A stretch of 44,680 bases of DNA from Craspedostauros australis (taxonomy: Eukaryota). The position numbers were made by a program, and so were the translations under genes. The notes under the pieces are model-generated. The model was not told the origin of the DNA and made no database searches. It worked only from the letters and a program-made list of their open reading frames with translations. This document shows, one piece after another, positions 1 to 8,585 of the stretch (position 1 is its first letter; every line of letters starts with the position of its first letter). The stretch lies in contig JALAGF010006591.1 of assembly GCA_030167865.1 (NCBI GenBank), positions 1-44,680 of the forward strand, written 5' to 3'.

Positions 1-1
1 T

Positions 2-880
2 CTCGACCTCTACAACGCCATCAGCACAAAGACCGGTGTTTTCGAGGCATTCACTGCCGCACTCGCCGCTGACGGAGATATGTTCACCGGAACTGACGCC
101 GACGCCATCGCCTGGTGCGCCGAAGGAGGACGACCCTGCTGCACTGGAACCAACGCTTGCTCTTGGGTGGGCATTGCATCCATCGCATCCAACAGCTGCA
201 TTGGAACTACGGCCTGCAGCAGCCTCGAGCCCCAGAGCATCATCTTCCAGGGATCCTGCATCAGCGGCCCCGGCCCCACTGACGACAACGCCTGTGCGTA
301 CTTCAACTTCAACTCCGGAACCTTCAAGGCCTCCGTTGTGGCTCCAGGATCATGCCAGGGAGACAATTCGTGCTACGCCTTCGCCCAGCAGTCCAATGGT
401 GATGCCATCGTCGGCGCAGGTTCCTGCACCGGAACCGGTGCGTGTGCTGCGATGGGTGCTGGACCAACCAGCTACGCCACCGTCACACCAACCCAGGGCA
501 ACGGCACCACCGACAACAAACGTGTCTCCGACACTATCGTCGGGGCCGGATCCTGCACCAACAACAATTCGTGCTCTTACGTCAATGCCCACGTCAGCGA
601 CACTAACGTCTCCCCGGCCATCCCATTTAACCAGTTCGAGGGATCCACCAGGATTGGCGATGGCACCTGCGTGTCAGCCAACTCTTGCCGATACTTGGGC
701 TACCAGTTCTACTGGAGCGCCGACATCAACCTCTCCGATGGCGTGTGCAACGACACACCTGTTGTGCCCTACTCCGGATGTAGCTACTGCTACTACGATC
801 TCCAGGCCCCCAATTCCTGCACTCCTCTCACTGCCTTCTTTTACATTGGGTCCGGCAGCTCCTGTCCAGCCTGCACATAA
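2..880 (+). CDS. Cys-rich repeat protein (5'-truncated by the window edge), probably extracellular
   Basis: The frame is open from base 2 (LDLYNAIST...) to TAA 878-880, with strong GC3 codon bias. It has about 8 repeats of [IV]xxGSCxxxx[AS]C, e.g. IASNSCIGTTAC, VAPGSCQGDNSC, VGAGSCTGTGAC, VGAGSCTNNNSC, IGDGTCVSANSC. Confidence 0.75.
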   Translation, partial: LDLYNAISTKTGVFEAFTAALAADGDMFTGTDADAIAWCAEGGRPCCTGTNACSWVGIASIASNSCIGTTACSSLEPQSIIFQGSCISGPGPTDDNACAYFNFNSGTFKASVVAPGSCQGDNSCYAFAQQSNGDAIVGAGSCTGTGACAAMGAGPTSYATVTPTQGNGTTDNKRVSDTIVGAGSCTNNNSCSYVNAHVSDTNVSPAIPFNQFEGSTRIGDGTCVSANSCRYLGYQFYWSADINLSDGVCNDTPVVPYSGCSYCYYDLQAPNSCTPLTAFFYIGSGSSCPACT

Positions 881-1625
881 GCGGCTTGTCTGCTCACCGG
901 TGGCGGCACCAAGGGAGCGACCCATTTCTCTGATCGGATCAGCCCCACGCCAAACCCAAGTCTTGAAGGGCTTGAGCCACCGACGGATGCTGCTCTCATC
1001 ATCGTGTCCACACGATGGCTTCTGCCCAACCGGAATGTCCGAAGCACATTACCTGCGAAGCAGCACCACAAACAGATGAGGAGAAAGCACAGCCAGCTGA
1101 GGATGTATCAGTGCAGCCTGTACCCCTAAAAGTAGTGGATGTGCCAACCCAAAGAACGTCGGTGATGACAATCCCAGGACGAGGAAGCGAATCATTCCCA
1201 TATGACCCGGTTGAGTGATGGGACCTGCAGTCCGTCCTGGAGTGGTGGCAACATATGGGGCTTTCAACCAACACACTCATGTATTAGTTTACTAGATAAC
1301 ATTATTAGATGCTCAATGGACGCCGATTTCTCTCTAAGGTCTTATTTTAATTGTTTTGGACCTTTGTAGATTCTTGGTCCTCTTGGTCCAATATGCACGC
1401 TGCTTCACGACGATCGGATGTGTTAAGAAATCCACTTGGCGCAAATTGAGAGTCCTTGTTTCACACAAATTGTGTGTTATTTTTGTTTGGTTTTGTTGTT
1501 ATCGTTTGTTGTTCTCGATGGCGAATTATGAGACCAAGATTTCCATCTTGTCACTCAATTTCCCATCTGCACTTTTGTATTCATACTTTACATTCATTGT
1601 TCCACTTATACAATTCTCTTCACCT

Positions 1626-1687
1626 GGTGTGCCACTGACATGCTGCTGTTCTTCATCCGGTATGCCACTGACATGACGCTGTCCTTC
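1626..1687. repeat. Imperfect tandem duplication, 33-bp period
   Basis: GGTGTGCCACTGACATGCTGCTGTTCTTC followed by GGTATGCCACTGACATGACGCTGTCCTTC. Confidence 0.7.
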
Positions 1688-2697
1688 GCGCTGTTTTATT
1701 GTATCTGTGTTAGGAATCCAGGGTACAACTTTGTCAAGATACCCATGATTGCCGCACCCCCCAAAGTTATCAATCACGACTGAACAAATCGACTCTTGTT
1801 GATCACACCCTTGACCCAACGCGAACGTGACTGAACTCAGTCTCACCAAGAAAGATAGCCTGTCCTCCTCTGACATGAACACCATGACAATGCAAAACAG
1901 TGAGTCCTGACCCGAGCCGACAAGACACCTTCTTGGTCGGTGAGGTATATCCAGAAGGGGAGCAGGGGCAGTGGGTAGGAATCGTATCCCACTTGCAGAA
2001 ACAGAAACAAGTGATGCACTTGTCTCCAATGACAAGATCATTCGTATGATTGGACAATCAGAACGATTCAGAAAAGCAATCAAGATGACTCCAATCATAA
2101 AACAGGTGCAATCTTGATTGTCACGGGATCGATGCGAAACCTGTGACAAGATGGATGCATGACTGCGGAAACGTACCACATGAATGTAGATGTCAACGAG
2201 TGTGCAGATATGCTTGATGAGATGTCATGATGAGGACATGATGAAATGCACACAAGGATGTATGAGGCAAGGGATGATGATCACCATGAAGAGCAGCTAT
2301 GAATGAAATGATATCTCATGATGCTACCACGGAACATGCCTGATGTGAAATTGAAATTGAAAGAGATGAGTTTGAGCTCACAGTTCTAAAACGGTACGAT
2401 AAAAAAGAGATTAGATTACTACTACGATCATAACCCCAGATTTCCAATATGCTTCACCACACAGACTACATGAAATAAAGCACTGGATAACACAGAATCA
2501 AGAAGAAGACAACGAGCCTCATAATCATCAGATAGAGATGCGATCAAGGGATCACGATCAAACAAGCATCAAGTCAATCACACCGGCAAGCTCTTCGTCC
2601 AAGCTCGTCATATCTGATCTGGGCAACACTCCATTCTGCCTCACCTATCCCTGCACACTTACTGCACTCCAACCAACAAGCCAAAGCAACCACCACC

Positions 2698-3857
2698 ATG
2701 GTCTTCATCCTCCTGCTGAAATCGACCCCTGGCGATGTGTTCGAACCAATCGTCACTGACCAGGATCCCCTACACGCTTCAGAACAAGGAGATGTGGAGA
2801 CCCTCACCGCATGGAAGACGGCATTTTCACAAACCTCCATCGACACGATCAAGGATCACCGCGACAAGACTGCACTCCACCTCGCATGCTCCAACAGTCA
2901 GCTTGATATGGTCAAGCAGTTGGTGGAGTCATGCAGAGCGGACATCAATGCCCAGTCCATGGATGGAAAGACTGCGCTCCACTATGCATGCGTGCAGGGC
3001 AACCTCGATGTCGTGGAATATCTAGTGGAGTCGCATGCTGCAGATGTCAACCTTCAGGACAACTTGGGCAAGATGGCACTCCATGACGCATGTACCAAGG
3101 GGCATGCGTGCATCGTGAAGGTTCTGATCGAGTCATATTCTGCAATCGCTCTTGTGCAAGATGAGAAGGGTGAGAATTCCCTCCTTGGCGCGTGTCTTCA
3201 TGGGCACTTGGATGCCGTGAAGTACCTCATTGGATCATGTGGAGTGGAGATCAATGTGCAAAATGATTTCGGTAACACTGCGATCCACAATGCATGTCTG
3301 AAGGGGGCATGTTGATATCTTGAAGTGTGTGATGGAGACTCGTACTGTGGACATGGACGTCCGGAACAATTACTTTGATATTTCGCTCCATGTCGCTTGC
3401 AAAAATGGTCATTTGGATGCCATTGAAATGGTTGGTGGAGTCAGGCCAGGTGGACATCAATATCAAAGACAGGAATGGCGACACTGCCCTTCACTGCGCA
3501 AGCGCCAATGGCCGTCTCTATATTGTGAAGCGTCTAGTTGAGTCTGGTAAAGCCTGTATCAACGCTTCAAACCACATGGGTGAGACTCCAATCTCCGGGG
3601 CATATCTCAACAGCTGCTTCGATGCTCTCGAGTATTTGATTGGAACGCCCAACATGGATTTGACCGTCAACGACTATGGCGGTTGGGCGATACTTCATTA
3701 CGCAAGTGAGTGTGGACAGCTGGATGTTGTGAAGTTGTGGGTGGAAATGTGCAACGAAGACATCAGCATCATGGATAACTATGGGAGAATCCCAATGGAT
3801 CTTGCGAAAATAGAGGACCACACTGATATTGCCGACTACTTTAGCTCTCTGGGCTAA
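2698..3857 (+). pseudogene. Ankyrin-repeat gene with two +1 frameshifts (pseudogene or sequencing errors)
   Basis: Starts at accATGg 2698 with about 9 ankyrin repeats (TALHLAC, TALHYAC, TAIHNAC, TALHCAS, AILHYAS). Removing one G from the G5 run at 3303-3307 restores ...LKGHVDILKCVME...; removing one base near 3422 restores ...GHLDA-LKWLVESG.... The three ORFs then join into one frame ending at TAA 3857. Confidence 0.8.
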
Positions 3858-4294
3858 ACAGGACGAAGACACGGACGTAACCTGGTTGACAGCAAGCGAC
3901 GAGTTGAATGTTCAAAACGGCAATCGCAGATGTGCAATTGATCCCATCAAGGAAGCAGTCATCCTCTCTCTCCCTCCGTCACCATCTGGCCTGCCCAGTT
4001 TCTCCGTGCCATTGATGAGACGGAAATCTTGCACTTGGTCGAATGGAAGAACTAATGAAACAATGTATCGATGGAGTGCTGCGAACCGGAAATAACTCAA
4101 CAGGACTCTCGTTCGAATGTACTCTCTTCGAAGCTCAGGTGTGAATGAATGAATGTCGGCCACTGTCGTGGACTGTTGCGAAAGAGCATACCCACCATTG
4201 TCGGGTTGCAGTATTCGATTCAAGCTGGCGAGTTATCGTTTTCGAGAGAACATATTGTTCAATTTGGAAGGAGCAAACGGCAACAACAAGTACT

Positions 4295-4366
4295 TCCGAC
4301 ATAGTATAGTGGCTAGTATCCCCGCCTGTCACGCGGGAGACCGGGGTTCGATTCCCCGTGTCGGAG
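4295..4366 (+). tRNA. tRNA-Asp (anticodon GTC)
   Basis: 72-nt cloverleaf: acceptor stem TCCGACA/TGTCGGA with discriminator G, anticodon stem CCCGC/GCGGG with loop CTGTCAC (GTC at 4328-4330), T-arm CGGGG-TTCGATT-CCCCG. No intron and no encoded CCA. Confidence 0.98.
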
Positions 4367-4375
4367 TTTTTTTTT
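4367..4375 (+). terminator. RNA polymerase III oligo-dT terminator
   Basis: T9 run immediately after the tRNA discriminator base. Confidence 0.9.
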
Positions 4376-4854
4376 GCAGCGACCAGTACAGTACTTTCGA
4401 CCAATTCGACCGCGTCGGTCTTTCAATCTCAATGATATTTTTTCGCCGCTTCGTGCTGTTTCGAGTCTTGTGCGGTTTCGGTGGACACAAGTTGTTCCAC
4501 AGCGGCATTGAAAATGACTGATGGAACAGCGATTTAATCGAAACTTCATGGGAGCGACGATGGGTGCGACAAGGAGACGTGATTCGACCTACAGGCGCTG
4601 CGCGTGTGTGTGGAAGAACCTTTTGCTTGTGGGAGATGCACGGAACACGGTAGCGGCGATGTTATCGGTGGCAGAAGAGAGAGGAGGAAAGGTACTTCGG
4701 CAAACAGAGAGATTGCGCCCAAGGCGAAAGCAACACACCACCGCACGCACTTGTTGGCATCCAAGAAGGTGCACGCACAGACATCGTGCCACCACTGCGA
4801 CCCGCGACAAAACACAGAGCAACCAAGACCGGTGAGTTCGAGAAAGCCAAGGCA

Positions 4855-4896
4855 AGGAAGGAATCGAGGAAGGAATCGAGGAAGGAATCGAGGAAG
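4855..4896. repeat. 12-bp tandem repeat (AGGAAGGAATCG) x3.5
   Basis: Perfect units at 4855, 4867 and 4879, plus a partial unit at 4891, in the kinesin upstream region. Confidence 0.9.
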
Positions 4897-5230
4897 CAAG
4901 CGAGGTGACCGAACAAACCACCATCGACAGCAATCAAAAGGCAAGGGGAGGAAGAACAAGAACAAAACAGAGCAAAGCAAAGCAAACAAAGCAAGAAGAG
5001 AACAAAAAGATTCCATTCCTGCAAGAACGGTTGCTGCGATCTCCCTCGTTGACTCTCAGGGAACATTCCGCCATAGCACGACTTCCGCAACAGCACGACT
5101 TCCGAGACGTCATCATCAACATCGTCAACCGTCCAGACGAGCAGCGTGGGCAGCACCAACAGAAGCAGCACAGGAAGTCCTCCCTCCATACCAATACTTC
5201 AGCACTTCAGCGCTTCAGCAGAACACCACG

Positions 5231-7432
5231 ATGACAGCTCCGGTGGAAAAGAAGATGACGTCGCCGACGGTGAAGAAGAAGAAGAAGACCAAGGCATCAT
5301 CATCGTCGTCGTCGTCGTCCACACCTGCGTCTTCCTCGTCATCATCAGGAGGCAACAAGCGAAGCAAACCACCGTCATCGTCGAACGTGAGGGTGGTGGG
5401 CCGCATCCGCCCGCTCGCAAAGTACGAGAAGGAGAAGGGCTGCAAGCAGGTGGTTGCGAAGGTGCCGTCGTCCGGAGATGGCGAGGCCCCCGATGGCCCG
5501 GAAGTCCTCCAGATCAAGAGTCCCGAGAAGCGGTGGTTCGAGCTGGACGCCGTCTTCGACGACACCTCCACGCAGCAGGCCGTGTACGTCACATCGGGGG
5601 CGCAGCAGGCGGTGTGCGAGGACATCTTCCGGGGCTTCAACTGCACCATCCTGGCCTACGGACAGACGGGGGCCGGAAAGACATTCACGATGGGCACTGC
5701 GGCCGCCAAGCGCGATGGGGAGACGGGGGAGTCCACGATCGGCGAATCGGACGGAGTCATCCCGCGCGCCTGCCATGACCTCTACAGGATGATCAACGAC
5801 AAGTGCGATGGCAACGCCACCGTAGAGCTCTCCTACATGGAGGTGTACAACGAGGAGATCAGGGACCTGCTCTGCGACAGCGGCAGCGCCGCCATGCTCC
5901 GCATCCGCGAGAATCTCAACGGCGAGGTCTACGTGCGAGGCTTGCAATCGCAGGTCGTCAAGGATCCGGGCGACATCGGCATGCTCATGGAGGAGGCATC
6001 CAGCCGCCGCGTGGTGGCCTCGACCAAGATGAACGCCACGTCCAGTCGGAGCCACGCCATCTGCGTCCTGCGCGTCAAGGGGGTGCTCGAGGATTCCACC
6101 AAATTCCAAGCCAAGCTCACGCTCGTGGATCTCGCCGGTTCCGAGCGCATCAAGAAGACCGGCGCTGGCGGCAACCGCGCGCAGGAGGGAATCAACATCA
6201 ACAAGGGGCTCTTCGTGCTGGGTCAGGTCGTCAGCGCCCTGTCGGAGCAGAGGCCCAAGCTCAAGCGGAAACCGCCCTATCGCGACAGCAAGCTCACCCG
6301 ATTGCTGCAGGACTCCTTGGGCGGCAATTCGCGCACCATCATGATCGCCTGCGTCAGTCCAGCCGATTTCAACGTAGAAGAGACCGTCACCACGCTGCGC
6401 TACGCCACCAGTGCCAGGAACATCCAGAACTCAGCCACGCGCAACGTCATCAAATCCATATCGCCCGAGGAGGCCGCCAAGCTGCAGCGGGAGAATCAGC
6501 TCCTCAAGAAGCAGGTCGGCGAGCTGCAGAACACGATCAAGGACATGGAGAAGCAACTCACGATCCCGGAAAGCAGCTCGGATGAGGAATCCCTGCAGCT
6601 CGAAGACGCCGTCGATAGCAAAAACAAGAAAGGAACGGACGATGCTCACAGTGCCAAGGATGCAAGAATACAAGAACTGGAAAAGGAAGTCAAGACGTTG
6701 AAGCGAGATCTCAGACGGGCCAACGGCGACATCCGAGAATCCTTGCACGAGACCGCCATCGAGCTGCCTGCCATGAAGGTGCAGATGGCCATCCTCGAGG
6801 ACGAGCTGCACGAAAGCCAATCCATCAACACCGAAGTCCACGACCTGCACCAGGAACTCGAAGAGGCGAAGGCTGAGGCGCATGCCGCCAAAGCCGTGGC
6901 CAAGCGTCTCACCAATATCCTCGAGAAGAACGAAGCCTCCGCCGAGACCCACCTGTCCATATCGGAGGGCGACGAAGAGAAGGTCCAATTCGCCAGCCAG
7001 CATGAGATGGAAATTCAATGGGTCCAATTCGTCTTCATGGTGCTCAACACATTCCAGGAGAACATGAGGCAGCTCGGCGATTACTTCGAGATGGTCTCCA
7101 GAATCGTCGACTCGCCGGATATATTGAAGATGCTGCCGCGTCAGCAACAGCAGATGCGCAACTCGGATGGTAGCATGCCTCGCAAACGGTGGTGGAATTC
7201 GGCGTCGGCGGCAACGGACTTGGCGGAAGGATTGCAGGAGGAGATGGCGCTGCGGCAGAAACTCTTGACGGAGCATATCAATTTTTATCAGGAACGGTTC
7301 CTGGAAGTTGAGGACAAGATTACGGGCCGATCGGAAGTTGTAGACACGATACTCGAGACGCTGCGGCAGGGCAAGACGCGCGACTTGGGCATATTGCCGG
7401 AATTGACAGCGATATTGATCGATGTGATGTGA
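5231..7432 (+). CDS. Kinesin motor protein, kinesin-4 (KIF4/KIF21/KIF27)-like, ~733 aa
   Basis: First in-frame ATG at 5231. Motor motifs RIRP, GQTGAGKT, NATSSRSHA, DLAGSER and PYRDSKLTRLLQDSLGGNSRTIMIACVSP are followed by coiled coil. Single exon. The subfamily call is based on motif resemblance only. Confidence 0.93.
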   Translation: MTAPVEKKMTSPTVKKKKKTKASSSSSSSSTPASSSSSSGGNKRSKPPSSSNVRVVGRIRPLAKYEKEKGCKQVVAKVPSSGDGEAPDGPEVLQIKSPEKRWFELDAVFDDTSTQQAVYVTSGAQQAVCEDIFRGFNCTILAYGQTGAGKTFTMGTAAAKRDGETGESTIGESDGVIPRACHDLYRMINDKCDGNATVELSYMEVYNEEIRDLLCDSGSAAMLRIRENLNGEVYVRGLQSQVVKDPGDIGMLMEEASSRRVVASTKMNATSSRSHAICVLRVKGVLEDSTKFQAKLTLVDLAGSERIKKTGAGGNRAQEGININKGLFVLGQVVSALSEQRPKLKRKPPYRDSKLTRLLQDSLGGNSRTIMIACVSPADFNVEETVTTLRYATSARNIQNSATRNVIKSISPEEAAKLQRENQLLKKQVGELQNTIKDMEKQLTIPESSSDEESLQLEDAVDSKNKKGTDDAHSAKDARIQELEKEVKTLKRDLRRANGDIRESLHETAIELPAMKVQMAILEDELHESQSINTEVHDLHQELEEAKAEAHAAKAVAKRLTNILEKNEASAETHLSISEGDEEKVQFASQHEMEIQWVQFVFMVLNTFQENMRQLGDYFEMVSRIVDSPDILKMLPRQQQQMRNSDGSMPRKRWWNSASAATDLAEGLQEEMALRQKLLTEHINFYQERFLEVEDKITGRSEVVDTILETLRQGKTRDLGILPELTAILIDVM

Positions 7433-8585
7433 TTACACGAGTATGATGATGCTGCTACTGACGCCAATGATGATGCTGATGGTCGTGGCAAATGGGACGA
7501 TGCATGCAACGGCGATGATGATCCATGATGCGATTTGAACGATGCCGTGGAATGAGAATCCTTATGGTACGAGTACGATGACCTCGTCTTCGACCTCAGC
7601 GAGTACTTGGATTGCTGAACACAAGCAACCAATTGTGGGCACACTGCCTGCTTTCTGACAGGGGTCATCACGCCGATTCTGCTCTGATGCTCCTTGCAGA
7701 ACAGTGGAACATATTATACGTGATTTCACCGGAAGACCAGTGAGTACGTACGAGAATGAGGCAAGGAGCAACAGCGATAGCGATAGCAACCACGACCATT
7801 CGACTTAATCCCACCCGGAGCAACCGAATTACAACAGTTCGGCGAGCGGGTGAAGACAGGACAACGTTTGCACGTGCGGCATGTGGCAGGCCAGAACGAT
7901 GAGAGAAGAACTCATCGCTGCGATCAGGACAACAGCCTATTCTCTGATGTTCCTGGTCTACTCATGTTCCGTGGCGGTCGACACCACTGCGAGCAGAACA
8001 GGACGAGCGCAGCAAAGAAAGGCAAGGCACACGAAAGCACGGTAGACAGAGAAACAATTCTCTCAACGATATGATCGAGCTCACGCACTCATCATCATAA
8101 TTAGCAATTAGATTGTGGTATGCAAGGCAATCACTCATTGTCCTGAGATATCGCTTCTCCTTTTGTCTTCGGTCTTGCCTCCAAGCACACCTTGATTCTG
8201 TCTCCCAACATATCTAGCCTTGATTGCATAGACTGTCGCGCGGTCGACTCATCCGAATGTTCGTGTTTTGAAATTCGTGAAAATAACCGCCACATTTCAA
8301 AACATCACCCAACCAAACCCACAAACGAACACAAGCCGTCTCCAACGCGACATCGCACACCAGACACATTCGTTCAGACAACATTCACGACCATCTTCAT
8401 CATCAGCATTCACACTTTCACCTTTACTGTCACTTTCGCTATCATCATCATCAAACCATCACCATCGCCATCACCACCAAAGCAAACTTCATTGAAGCCT
8501 TGTTTTCCACACAAGGACGCGACAGTGGAGGAGAGTACATGGACCGACAGTGTTCACACAAGCAAACACATTGACGGCGAACAAG

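Noticed and set aside
36..1079. 347-aa Pro/Thr/Ser-rich ORF
   Set aside because: It is an alternative-frame shadow of the GC3-biased Cys-repeat gene and begins at a non-ATG codon.
1201..1290. SAM-domain-like fragment DPVE*WDLQSVLEWWQHMGL
   Set aside because: It is too short, interrupted by a stop and not followed by the rest of a SAM domain.
1526..2179. 217-aa minus-strand ORF as a transposon protein
   Set aside because: No RT, integrase, gag or transposase motif is recognisable and no LTR or TIR is seen. Left as unassigned decayed DNA.
4604..5230. 209-aa N-terminal extension of the kinesin
   Set aside because: There is no in-frame ATG, and T-poor leaders lack stop codons by composition. 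A GTGAGT at 4832 may mark a 5' UTR intron, but the acceptor is ambiguous.
5146..7276. Many long overlapping and antisense ORFs inside the kinesin (likewise in other GC-rich genes)
   Set aside because: These are expected shadows of high GC3 codon usage and show no domain signal.
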